Shown here piece after piece: positions 10,808 through 22,440 of a stretch of DNA of 64,000 bases. Positions within the stretch are counted from its first letter, which is position 1; each line of letters begins with the position of its first letter. The position numbers and the translations under genes were made by a program. The notes below the pieces were generated by a model. It saw only the letters and a list, made by a program, of their open reading frames with translations. It was not told the DNA's origin and searched no databases. Source of the DNA: Monocercomonoides exilis PA203 (taxonomy: Eukaryota > Protista > Preaxostyla); contig LSRY02000014.1 of the NCBI GenBank assembly GCA_001643675.2, forward strand, positions 1,178,001 through 1,242,000, given 5' to 3'.

Positions 10808-11809
10808 TCGAAATACTGTTTGACTTTTTTAATCCTCTTCAGTTCTTGCCATAAAACTCTTTTGATCATGAACTATGTATTAGAATTTTAATGACTTTTC
10901 CATGTTTTTTTAACCTTCTTTGAAAAGACTTTCCGATTGCTGGAAATTTTCAAATCGAATCAATATATAATGCAAATGACTTTCACAATTTTATTGTGCA
11001 AAATTGGGAGTTCCGATATACTTTCATTTTACCGTTTTTTATATCAAAGCAATGTCATTTTTCACAGGTTTCTATAAAAAGTTCTTTTCACAGAACAAGA
11101 AACATTAAAAATTTCAAAAAAATATATATATATACAATAGGATAAAAATAGAAGAAACCATGCAATGAAATTCACATTATAAATAGGAATCATCACGGAA
11201 GATTATTTCCAAAGTTCGCCACGACTTCAGTCTATCGCTTTGTGTTCACAATCAGCGTTTCATAATAACAACAATTTTCAAACGCTTCTTATTCAACTCA
11301 TTTTTTTTCTTTTCAAAAAATAAACATAAAATACTATCATGATTACGGCATTTTTTCGAAAAATCTCATAAAAATTAATATCTTTCAAAATAGTGCGAGA
11401 ATTAAATATATGCACAATTTTACAGATGAAAATTTTGTGAAGCGAGGCATATTTTGTCTAAAATGATAAAAGCAATTACAAATACATCTATTATGGAAAA
11501 TTTAATAATATCAAATATACAAAGCAGAAAGTATTTTAAGTGAATGAAAAGAGAGAGCAACAAAAAGAACTCTTAAAGAACCAATACTAATACAGTTTAC
11601 GACAATCTTGTTAAAACCAGAATTACAAATAAGAAATTAGAAGACATTTACGTTAAAGATTCAAAGAAGATTGCATTAAAAATGTATGCAAAGAGAATAA
11701 GAACAAAAATGCATAGAAATGACTTTAAAAATATTAATCGCTCTAAACAAAAAATTTTTTTCTTAAAATTATATCCTCTAAAAAAATTGCTTAAAAATGA
11801 AAAATTTCT

Positions 11810-13330
11810 TTACGCAACTGCAACTTCCGAGTGAGCGTATGCTGATGATCCTGGAAGTGGTCTTTCAGTCTGTTGAATGCAACCAAACATTAAAAAATAA
11901 AATGAAATCGATAAAAAATTCAAAAAAAATTCAAAAATCATTCAAAAGAAATTTGATGAGCATGCCTTTTTTTCTTCACCAAGATTGACCAAGAACACGG
12001 TTGCCATGTAGAGAATTACAAATATTGATACCGCAGCTAATAAAGAAGAATGAAATTAACAATATTGAAGTTGAATAAAAAAAAACATCAATTATTTATA
12101 ATAAAAAATTTCAGTCAAGTTGATTATAAAAGTGAATGAACATTAAATAATTGCAAAGACTAATATGCAAACCGATTGTGGCGCACCACCCTTGCACTCT
12201 TGATTTTCTCAGTGTGATGAGATCGTCAACCTCAACCGCTTGCATGCACTCGTCTTGATTCTTGGCATCGTGGCACATTCTATCTTTCAGAGAGGTCAGC
12301 TCTTTCAGGCAAGTCTTTGTGTCACTTTCGCAGAAATTTCCCATTTGCTTCTGTGAGGCCTTATTCATCGAGATGGCAAGGAAAAACAGAATTGCGAACA
12401 AGACCATCATAACAGCTCCCACGATTTTGGCAATTGGAACAAGTTTCTTCATTATTCGGTGTAATAATCCTACAAAGACGAGGCAAATACCAATAACCAT
12501 CAGCGCAACTCCAAAAATAATATAAAAAGTTGTTAAAGCTGCTGGCTTTAGATTTTTACCATCTATCTTTTGCTTGTACGGATTTATATACTTTGTTGAA
12601 ATGGCAATCATAATTCCCGTAAGCAGCATCCATCCACCAAGTCCAAAAATCCAATACTTTGATTAATAAACATAAAAATTAACCAAACATAACAAATTAA
12701 TAAACAGATAAATGCATAAAATAAGAAAACAAACTCTTCGAGAAAAACTAAAGGACATGTGAATAGTAAAGACTAAAAGATATATAGCTGTTAATATTAC
12801 AGATAGCACGCACATAACTGCTACGAGGCTCATCATTTTTTTAGCAGTTGCAAGTAATTTTAAGGGATTTTTTATTGTTGCATCATTACAACCAGGGAAG
12901 CTTTTTTTAAAATCATTTGTTGACAACAAAATTGTTGAATCCACTGTTGGCACAAGCCCCCAAGATAAGCATGCAAGTATAGAGAAACTTCCGATAATAC
13001 CAAGATATCCAATAAACGTAATAACCATATATATTAATGAACCTCTCTTTGTAACTGGATGATAACCAGCTCCAATAATTCCGAAAACTCCGCAAGCAAG
13101 GCCAAAGCAAGTCAACAATAACATCATCACTCCAATTAGAAAATATCCACGTATTGATGCTAATGCAACAATAGACACCACAAACATGGCAAAATACCAT
13201 ATCGTCATAAATACAGCTAAAATACGCAAAACTAAACGCAATTTCGAATTTGCTAAGATTTAAATATATAAGAATGACACAATAAATCGATAACTTTGAA
13301 AAACTCCAATAATCACAAACTTGCAGCCAT
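11810..13330 (-). CDS. Multi-pass membrane protein (about 8 TM, two 4-TM halves), 5 exons
   Basis: 10-nt first exon ATGGCTGCAA at 13330 splices in frame to the 12663-13241 ORF, then to the 12111-12629 ORF, then to two short exons ending TAA at 11810. Hydrophobic helices throughout; Cys-rich loop in the second half. Confidence 0.75.
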
Positions 13331-13651
13331 TTATTTTCAATTGATCCAATACCCTTTTGTTAATCAAATAAAAATTTCAAATGGGAATATATTTATTGAT
13401 TACAAAATTGTATTCAACTTTTCATTTTTGAATCTTTTTCGTTATTAAATAATTTTTAATATATACAGATTGACTAAGATTGAGAGACTAATAGAGATGC
13501 GAAAGCAGAAAAAGTTTGGTACAAAAATTTCTAATCATTTAAAAAAATTTATTTGTTTCCTTTTTCAAATCTGAAAAATACACATAAATAGAACTAATAA
13601 CCTATTTAAACACAACAAAGACATAGGCACAAAAACTCAATAATTACAAAT

Positions 13652-16600
13652 TCATAATGCTTCATGAAAAGTATCAAAACATTGTTTCTGAGGGGATGAC
13701 AAATCATGGAAGTTTGGATCATTGTCAATGCATCGATCATTTGAAAATAAAACAAACGAAGAATTTTCGATTTTTGATGGCAAACAAGTTGTTTCTTGAA
13801 CAGATGAAACAGAAGACGAGTTACAATTAAAATCCGTTTTGCTCTCGCTGTGAAAAGGATTAGCAGAAACATCAGCGGGTGAACAAGACAACAACGACGC
13901 ATCTTTTGCACACGAAGAATTCGACAGCCCAGAGTCAGAAAGCGATGAAGAAGCATTCGATGCATTTGAAGCATTCGACGCAGCGTCAATCAAAACGCCC
14001 TGGATCGGCAAATCCTTCGTGGCAGAAGCAGACGATGGAGAAGAAGAAGAAGAAGGAGAAGGAGAAGAAGTTGATGATGAAGAGTTAGTTTCTTGCTCAG
14101 AACTCAATAGAACTTTTGAGGCAATCAGAGAAGAAGAAGAAGAAGAGCCAGACTGAGCAATTGAAGAATGAGGCGTATGAGGCGATGTGCAAGTAGAGCT
14201 GTCTTCATTTATCATCTGGCTGCCAAGTGCTCTCGAAGCCAGAGAATCAACATTGCACTGCCCTGACCGCAGTGAAGCGACTGCCCCATCTGCAGCAAAA
14301 GCAGTATTAGAAGCAAAAGCATCAAAAGCAGCAGCTCTTCTCATTGTCCCTGCAGCAGTATTAGAAGCATCAGCAGCAGAAGCAGCAGAAGCAGCATCAG
14401 CAGCCAAGTTGCACCCAGTCAGCTGCGGGTCAAATGAACTCAATGAATCCAATGCACCAAAAGTGTTTGATGTACTTGATGTTCCCAATGTGATCAATGT
14501 GATCAATGTACCTGACGTCTTCGAAGGATGTTCAGACGCATTCGATGCGAAAGAGACGTCCAGATCAGACGGATTCGCATCGGAAGCTTGCTGTTGCTCG
14601 TCTGAAGCACTGTCAACTCTGTCATTCCTATCAAATCTATCAGCCGATTCAACATTGTCAATGTTATCAGCATTGCCAACAGAATCTGTCTGCTCAATGC
14701 GATCATCGCAATCGCTCGAAGAAGCGCTGCCGCGCGGGGTGAAAGGGACAGAGTCAGGCAGCCAGGAAGGGCGGCGGAGCGGAGTGCGGGCGGAGTTTGG
14801 CGTGCAGAGGGACGAAGAGATAGAGCGGGCAGAGAACAGAGAGTTGGAGAGAGAAGAAAGAGGAGACAGAGAAGAAGAAGAAAGAGGCGAGGTTGGAGAA
14901 GAAGGAAAGGGAGATGTGTTGTTTGAAGCAGCAGTCATTGAAAGACGCCGGCGGTGTGAAGAGGCAGACGAAGCGGCTGAGCGAGAAGCAGCTGGGTTGG
15001 TAGCAGAAAGGGTTGATACAGACGATGGAGTAGACACAGAATGCATTGATTTCACAGATTGAACAGAAGGAGGGGAAAGCAATGAATGTGCTGGTGAGCG
15101 GGAGGGTGCGTGTGAAGGAAAGTGAAAGGCGGAACCAGCTTGAGAAGACAAACCATTGCGAGATGAAGGAGAAAATGAAGAAGAAGAAGAAGAAGAAGAA
15201 GAAGAACGACCGTGTCTGGAAGCAGATTGAGGTCTTGTTTTGACGCGTGCAGAGTTCTGAGAAGGCGATTTCAAAGGAGACGGAAGCTGTGAAGATTGAG
15301 AAGACTGAAAAGAATGAGAAGATTGAGTAGAGGATGTCTTGGGAGATGCAGTGGCTATTCGGAGAGGAGATCGATGGGTGTGCTGCCCGCCATTTGGGAT
15401 GGTCTTTTGAGAATTGAAGAGGTCAGAATGCTTTTGAGAAGGTGAATAATCACAATGAGAGATGGAAGAAGAAGAAGAAGAAGAAGAAGAAGAAGAAAAA
15501 GAAGAAGAAGAAGAAGAAGAAGAAAAAAAAGAGAACCGACGCTCAAGCGATACAGGCGAAAAAGGTGTGCGTGGAGAAGGGATGGACGAGGCAGTCAGAG
15601 AATAGCGATGTGTTCTGGCTCTCAGAGACATCGGAGAAGTCGCTGCTTTTGGCTTTGGCAGGCTGCGGGGCGACGACAAAGCAGAATAAGACAATGATGG
15701 ATGGTGTTTTGGATGGGATTTCCGGGGAACAGGACGCTCAGGTGAGCTTTTGCTGATGGAAGTGGGAATAACAATGGAGAGGCCGTGAGATGAACGAGAG
15801 GAGCGAGAGGAGCGAGAGGATGAACGATGCGATGTGGGTGTGGAAGGACGCGCAAATGGTGAGGTGGATGAGGATGAGGATGAGGAAGAGGAAGAGGAAG
15901 AAGAAGAAGAAAAAGATGATGATGATGATGACGATGATGAAAGAGAAAAGGGAGTAGAGGAATGAGATGACTTAGACCCAGACAATGAAGTGGATGAACG
16001 TGAACGTGAATGTGATGTTGATGTTGAGGTTGATGTTGAGGTTAATGTTAATGTTGATGCTTGTGATGTGTTTGCAGGTGATGGCGAAGGAGAAGAAGGA
16101 GAAGAAGGGCGCAAGCGCCGCTGCGACAGCTTCGGCGATGCAGAAAACGAACGAGAACGGACAACAGGTGCAGATGCTGTTGATGAAATAGACGAGCGGC
16201 GGTTGTGAACAGGAAGGAAAGGTCTTGATTGGTGCTGAGATGTTCTTTGCGTCAGTGTGCTTTGAGAAGAATATGCAGGAAGAGAAGAAGTGTCTTGGGG
16301 GTTGGATTTTTGTTTTGAATGGTGTTTTGGTGATGGGGTTAATGAAGAAGAAGAAGAAGATGATGATGATGACGGAGGTGATAATGATGATGTTGTTAAC
16401 GATGATGATGGAGGTGGTGAAGAATAACAACAAAAAGAATGCTCAGAGCGAAGCACAGGCGACGACGATGAACTGGAACGGCAAGTCGGAGAAAGCGGAT
16501 TGGAAGAAGGGTGGTTAGGTGATGAGTCCTGAAAGGAATGACGAGGGAAAAGCGGAGACTGAGAAGAAAGAGAACCAGAACGGGGAGACTTGGGAGGAAG

Positions 16601-17437
16601 TGAAGCGCGTGAATTGAAACGTTGAAGTGAAGCTGGTGAAGGAGAAAAAATGGAATGACTAGGAGAGTTTGGGGTGTGTGGTGAGCTGGGAGCGTTAGGA
16701 CTGTGATAAAATATATTATATGCAGCATTTCCCCTGGGGGATTCTGGTCTACTTGAGGAGGCTTTTGAACAACTTGAGGGGGAGCATAATGATTGTTGAA
16801 TGAATGCATGAGACGAACGGGGACTTTTTGAAGGAGAAAGATTGGACTTGAACTTTTTCTTTTCCTTACATTCAGAAAGAACTTCTGAATTTTCTTGATT
16901 GCCCTGTTCTTTTGTTTGCGTTTCGAATTCATGTGGAAGGTGAATTGGAAGAATTAACGGATCTTCAATTGCAAGGGTGCGAGGAACATCCCATCTAATA
17001 AACTCTGAATTTTTCATGACATTCGACTCTTTTGGAAGAGATTTTGATAGTGAGTATTGTTGTTCTTCTGTTAATGCTTGCTCAATTTCCAAAAATGAAT
17101 CTGAATCAAGTATTTCTTGTGATTGTTTTTGCTCATCTTTAGGAAAATCTTCCAGAAGCGAGACTTTTGGATCAGATTTTGGAGAGTAAATAGCTTCAGA
17201 TGCAATTGAAAGGAAAAAATTAGTTGCACGATGTGCTGATATATGAGGAGAAATAGATCTTGGTAAATGAGAATCATTTTCTCTTTTGGAAGAAAATTGA
17301 CTTATTTTTTGATCATATGGTTGTATGCATTTCTTGCTATTTTTATCCAATTCGTTTTGCAATGAAGATTCAAGAACAATAACAGAGTCCGAGTGACGTT
17401 TTGTTAATGAATAACTACGTAGTTTCTGCTGACTCAT
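13652..17437 (-). CDS. Ser/Pro-rich low-complexity protein, 1261 aa, function unknown
   Basis: Uninterrupted 3.8-kb ORF from ATG; poly-Ser tracts; no recognisable domain. Confidence 0.75.
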   Translation of the reverse strand: MSQQKLRSYSLTKRHSDSVIVLESSLQNELDKNSKKCIQPYDQKISQFSSKRENDSHLPRSISPHISAHRATNFFLSIASEAIYSPKSDPKVSLLEDFPKDEQKQSQEILDSDSFLEIEQALTEEQQYSLSKSLPKESNVMKNSEFIRWDVPRTLAIEDPLILPIHLPHEFETQTKEQGNQENSEVLSECKEKKKFKSNLSPSKSPRSSHAFIQQSLCSPSSCSKASSSRPESPRGNAAYNIFYHSPNAPSSPHTPNSPSHSIFSPSPASLQRFNSRASLPPKSPRSGSLSSQSPLFPRHSFQDSSPNHPSSNPLSPTCRSSSSSSPVLRSEHSFCCYSSPPPSSSLTTSSLSPPSSSSSSSSSSLTPSPKHHSKQKSNPQDTSSLPAYSSQSTLTQRTSQHQSRPFLPVHNRRSSISSTASAPVVRSRSFSASPKLSQRRLRPSSPSSPSPSPANTSQASTLTLTSTSTSTSTSHSRSRSSTSLSGSKSSHSSTPFSLSSSSSSSSSFSSSSSSSSSSSSSSSTSPFARPSTPTSHRSSSRSSRSSRSSHGLSIVIPTSISKSSPERPVPRKSHPKHHPSLSYSALSSPRSLPKPKAATSPMSLRARTHRYSLTASSIPSPRTPFSPVSLERRFSFFSSSSSSSSFSSSSSSSSSSSISHCDYSPSQKHSDLFNSQKTIPNGGQHTHRSPLRIATASPKTSSTQSSHSFQSSQSSQLPSPLKSPSQNSARVKTRPQSASRHGRSSSSSSSSSSFSPSSRNGLSSQAGSAFHFPSHAPSRSPAHSLLSPPSVQSVKSMHSVSTPSSVSTLSATNPAASRSAASSASSHRRRLSMTAASNNTSPFPSSPTSPLSSSSLSPLSSLSNSLFSARSISSSLCTPNSARTPLRRPSWLPDSVPFTPRGSASSSDCDDRIEQTDSVGNADNIDNVESADRFDRNDRVDSASDEQQQASDANPSDLDVSFASNASEHPSKTSGTLITLITLGTSSTSNTFGALDSLSSFDPQLTGCNLAADAASAASAADASNTAAGTMRRAAAFDAFASNTAFAADGAVASLRSGQCNVDSLASRALGSQMINEDSSTCTSPHTPHSSIAQSGSSSSSSLIASKVLLSSEQETNSSSSTSSPSPSSSSSPSSASATKDLPIQGVLIDAASNASNASNASSSLSDSGLSNSSCAKDASLLSCSPADVSANPFHSESKTDFNCNSSSVSSVQETTCLPSKIENSSFVLFSNDRCIDNDPNFHDLSSPQKQCFDTFHEAL

Positions 17438-17623
17438 AACGCGGAGAGCCCTTTCAAATATGTATCGTCAGCTCTATGTATTTCAAATAGACTTCCGTAT
17501 ACTCGTTAATTACTTGAATTAACGTTGTTACAAAAAATCAAATATTTTGATTATACAGATAGTGGGCAAAAGAAATTCGTGGTGAGGTATGGTTAAAGAT
17601 CAACAACAGAAGGAATCTCTTTT

Positions 17624-18287
17624 ATGTCTTCAAGACCAGTGAAATTTAAGGAACGGTTTCCCTTTGACGTTCGAAAACAACAATCAGAGAAACTTTTGTT
17701 TGCAAAGAAAAGCTTATTATCTTTTAATAACTTTTTTTTTAAAGACGAGAACATCCAGAAAGAATTCCAGTAATAGTTGAAAAATATGAGAAAAGTGATT
17801 GTCCAGGTTTGCATTCAAATATTTTAAATTTGCTTTTTTTATAATTGAATTCAACGTTTCGTATTTTATGAAATTCTTTAGATATTGACAAAAAGAAGTG
17901 TGCTTCAGACCGTTAATGAAATAATTAGATATTTTTAACTTTGCAATTATGTTGTACGTTACACATTTATTCTATAAGGTTTTTGGTTCAAAAAGAGATG
18001 AAGATGGCACAGTTCATTTGTGTTATTCGAAGAAGAATTGCAGTTTGTAATTACAACTTCACGCAAAATTCTTGAGAAATCAAATAAAAATTTTCATTTT
18101 CATTTATTAATGTTTTTATTTATAGCTTCAAGAGAATCAATCACTTTTCCTTTTTGTTGACAACAAACCTCCTTCAATGGCTGCAACTTTGGCATCCATC
18201 TATGATAAATTTAGAAAGAAGCATAAAAAGGACGATGATGGTTTCCTTTATGTTGTCTATGCAGATCAGGAAACTTTTGGTCAGTAA
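17624..18287 (+). CDS. ATG8: Autophagy ubiquitin-like protein ATG8 (5 exons; missing from the ORF track)
   Basis: Spliced product MSSRPVKFKERFPFDVRKQQSEKLLREHPERIPVIVEKYEKSDCPDIDKKKFLVQKEMKMAQFICVIRRRIALQENQSLFLFVDNK...DDDGFLYVVYADQETFGQ*; four phase-consistent GT-AG introns. Confidence 0.96.
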
Positions 18288-18631
18288 TTATTCTGTAACA
18301 GCCTTTCATACACAATTCTTCTGTTACGTCTAATTTTTCATCTTTCATAAATGTTTTCCGCCTTTTTGTTTTATAATTCAAACTTCGCTATTTTCTCATT
18401 AAATTTATTTTGTAATTTCCACTTTAATCGGTAAAATTTCTTCATTGATGTTAAAGCGAAAGTTCAACGAATATTTTTCATTAAAAAGACGTTTTTGAAC
18501 GAGGCGAATCAAGTTCCAATCTAAATTACACAAACTACAAATATTTAAATTCATTTCCCCAAAACTCTTTCAAAATTATAGAATTAAGTTGAAAACAAAA
18601 CTGCTAATGAATAATATTGAAACAAAAATCT

Positions 18632-19432
18632 TTAACTTCCTCCGGAAAGAAGCCTTTGGAGGCGTGCATCTACATCGTCAACGTCTGCAGCTGGTGCTGC
18701 ACTTGAGGTTGCTTCTGAAACAGGTGCAGTGTCAGCTTTGAAGCGTTCAAATTCTCCATCCAAAGACAGTTGGTGCTCAGCTGCAACTTGGGAAATTAGC
18801 TGGCTAACGTCAGCCTTAATGAAATTTTAAATAATAAAATTTAGCGAGTTTTCACAGGAAACAGCATAAGTAAAAACATTGACATACAGATTCAATTTGC
18901 TCATCGGTTGTTGCGTCCATTTGTTTCATAACAACCTTTAAAACAAAATAACTCACATAAACATAAATAAACAATGAATGTGCAAACTTCAGACGTAACA
19001 TCCATATGATCCATCTGCTGTTGAAATTGTGCCATGACCTGATTAATCTATTAACAAAAATCAAGAGTAAAACTCAAAATAAATCAAAAAATATTCCACC
19101 TTTTTCATATCCATAGAATCCATTGCAGAAGATAATCCTTTTGTAATTCCGCTTAATGTAGAAACCATTGCCATCATTCCAGTTTGCATTGACAGTCGAG
19201 AACAAAGACCATCAATTCGAGAAGAATACTTCATAAATGTCTGCGCGCAATTATGCTCACGAATTGCATTTTCTGCGTAGATTCGAGCGCCTTCTGCATT
19301 ATTAGTTTCTATTGCCTTTTTTATTTTGATTTTTGCATCTTTGCTTCTTTTTTCAGCCTTTTTAGAGGCTCGGATGAATTGCTTGCTGGTGAGTCTCATA
19401 TTAAACAACAAATCATTTAACTTTGTGGACAT
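18632..19432 (-). CDS. CHMP1: ESCRT-III-associated CHMP1/Did2/Vps46 (Snf7 family), 4 exons
   Basis: LFNMRLTSKQF.R.SKKAEK...IKKAIE..N.EGARIYAENAIR; C-terminal MIM1-like DDVDARLQRL. Confidence 0.93.
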
Positions 19433-19592
19433 TTCCCTGTATTAGTGTCTTTCAGGTTTATTTGAAACCCAATAAAAAAGTTATTTCAAAGAAGATTAAG
19501 GTTGGGAGACCCTTCATTTTTTGTTATTATCAATATGTTATTTTGTTTCAAGGTCTATAAAGATTTAAAGTAGAAATTACTCATATTTTCAC

Positions 19593-22099
19593 ATGAAATC
19601 TGAATTTGTTAGTCGTTGTGTACAAACAATAGATTCTGCAAATTCTGCAATCAAAAATATTGCTGAAATACCAATATATAGCTCTCTTTGTATTTCAACG
19701 CATTGCAAATTACTTTCAAAAAGCTCAATAAACATGAAGGTAAATTTTTAAGTAAATTCTTATTGATTTTTATTTCATTAACGCTCTTTTTTTTAAAGAA
19801 TTACTTTTCAAAGAGAAAAAATGAAGTAATGAATTTTGCATCGTCATTAAACTCGTTGAAGTTTCACGAAATAATTTCGTTAAGCAATACGTGCGTTGAT
19901 TCTATCAGCTCTTCGCTATGTGAAATTCAGGCATTTCTTGCCATTCGCAAGACAAACACGAAAAAATTTTCAATTTCTTCTGTAAGAAGAGATGATGATA
20001 CTCATCATATCCAACACAAATTGGATGCCGTTACTTTTATTGGTTCAGTAGAACGAAATATTAGCGAGGATGATGATATTAAACAAATTCAATCATCCAA
20101 TAGCCTTCTTCAACAATCAATTCCACTTTTTACTCAGTCATCCGTTTTCAGAGAAGATGAAAGCAGTTCTACAAGCAAGGCAAGTATTTACAACAGATCC
20201 TCTTCCTCAGAGCTTTTCACACCAATCTGGCCAACTCCACAAATTAATAATTTTAAAAAGAATGAAGATAAAACAGCAGACTCGAAATTTAAGCAATTCC
20301 CATTATTGACCAGTCTTGCTTTGAAAAAATCTTCAAAAAAGACTCCATACAAACAATTAAAAATCAGAACCCTTTTGAGAGAAGTTCCAAAGGATAAGGC
20401 ACAAAGCACTGAAGAAATAATCAACCTGCCAAATCTGAGGCTAGAAAGCATATTTTGTTCCAGTGTTGATGAGAAGCTCTCAAAACTGATTGATGTGACT
20501 GAACAGCACTCAGAACATTCAGATAATTCGCATTGTACTCAACAGGGAGAAAGCTTGCAAATCAAACAACCTGTGCATTTGCCAAAAAGTCCACTTATCT
20601 GTTTGGAAGATGGGACAAAATCGTTCTCAGACTCTCTTCTCGAAGGAAATGAAAAAGAAAGTGACTTCACTCACATTACTCTTCGTCCAGATAAAAACAC
20701 AGAGAAAGAGGAATTGAGCATGCAACAGATTAGTCGCAGGAAGTTGCCAATTTGGAATAAAGAAGATAACATAAGCACAAAAACTCTTGTCAGCAAGGCA
20801 CTAACTCAAGAGCCCAATTTAGAAGATGAAAAATCGCCGACAACTGCAAACCAAACAAATCGAAAAGATACGCCGAGCATTCGAAAGTTTAAGAGTCAAA
20901 GAAAAAGAGAGGAATTGCAGAAAAAACGAATGAGGAAACGACGAGAGAGAGAAGCGAAAGAGGCATCGAGGCTGAAGGAGGTGCAGCAGCAGGAGTCTCT
21001 TTTGTACGGATCATTTTTCACTAAGCAACTTATTCCCAAACTGTCAGACAGCTTTCAAAATGAAGCCAAGCCAGCAAAAGCCAAAAGGAAGCGTGTTGAG
21101 GAGCTGCCGTTTTTCACGAAGGAGGAAAGCCAGCATGTTTGCACGCAATGGATCAATCTGTCGATTAAGCACTCGAAACGAAAAGAAGACGAAAAAGAAA
21201 GGATAGAGTGGTATTTGGACAACATCCCGCGCAGAATCCACAAATATGTCGCAGATGAGATGGAACTGAAGAACCCATCTTCACAAAAAAGTGAAAATGA
21301 CATCCATCTCACTCCATTGCTGACAGTCACACACGACATGCCAAATGATACTGAACAGACGTCATCTCCCAATTCACCTCGATTGCCTGACTCTCCTCAA
21401 AACACATCAACCACTTCAACTCCTTCTTCACCTCATGAATCTCATAAATCTCATGAATCTCATACACCCACTTCAACTCCACAAGAAACAAGTGACAATG
21501 CACAATCACATCAGCCAGCAGCCGCAAAAGCCAAACACGGCGACATCAGCGACCCTTCCTTATCTTCTGTGTCATTCCTGGACTTTGGAGAAGAGCCCGA
21601 CGACCAGCGCGAAGAGTGGGGGCCCGAAGACACAATACGGCTGATGGAGGCCGAGCGGGAAAGGAGGAAGCGGAAGGAGAGGCGCGCGAAGAAGCTAAGC
21701 AGGTCAGCGCAGAACCAGCAGCAGAACGAAGACGAGCTGTTTCTATCGCCCTTCCAGTCAGTGAGTGAAGAGACGGCCAAAGTGCACCTGTTCAATGAAG
21801 AGTATTTGAGAGGCGCAGCTGAGGCGTATTTGTCGGCTGTGACAACTGAAAACGACGAGCAGTTATTTCCTTATGGCGATGAGCAGAGTGAGTCAGAGGA
21901 AGATTTTGAAGAAGAAAGCAAATCAGAAAGCGAAGACAAAGAAAAGAAAATATCAGGGGAAGATAGCAAAGAGTTCTCTTTATTTAACTATGAAGAAGAA
22001 AAAGAAGAGCGCGAAGCTCTGACAAACAATTTGATATCCGATCTTGTTCAACCTCCTGGGCTATCATCTCCTGATAAAGAAAAAACAAATGAATTTTGA
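19593..22099 (+). CDS. Uncharacterised charged low-complexity protein (probably 2 exons)
   Basis: An exon starting at ATG 19593 (MKSEFVSRC...SINMK) joins the long ORF in phase 0 via a gtaaat...tttaaag intron; no domain recognised. Confidence 0.65.
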
Positions 22100-22440
22100 T
22101 TTTAATCAGAAATGTTGAAATGTTAGTAAATTAATTTATGTTAATATATTTTTTAATATGTAAATACTGTCAGTATTTTTATTATTTTCTTTTAACATTT
22201 TTTGTTCAATTAATTATTGAATCATATTCAACTTTTTCCAATATAAAAAAAGAATGATTAAATGCTCGTGTAATAAAAAATAGAGAAATGGTACTATCTA
22301 TTTAATTTAAATCAATTGGTTGTTGATGGAAGTTGTTGTTGGATTATTCCAGAGTTTGAGAATAAAAAAGAAAACAAAAATATGTTGGGTTAAAACAATG
22401 TTTAAAATTTTATTATTGAAGCTTTTGTTTTAAATTATTA

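Noticed and set aside
8550-11300. Possible long TIRs flanking the Merlin transposase (shared CCTATTTATAA, TTTGATATAAA)
   Set aside because: Only short AT-rich matches with inconsistent spacing; an alignment would be needed to support it.
14187-16518. Multiple antisense or alternative-frame ORFs (poly-K, poly-R, poly-E)
   Set aside because: They are shadows of poly-Ser codon runs in the real minus-strand gene.
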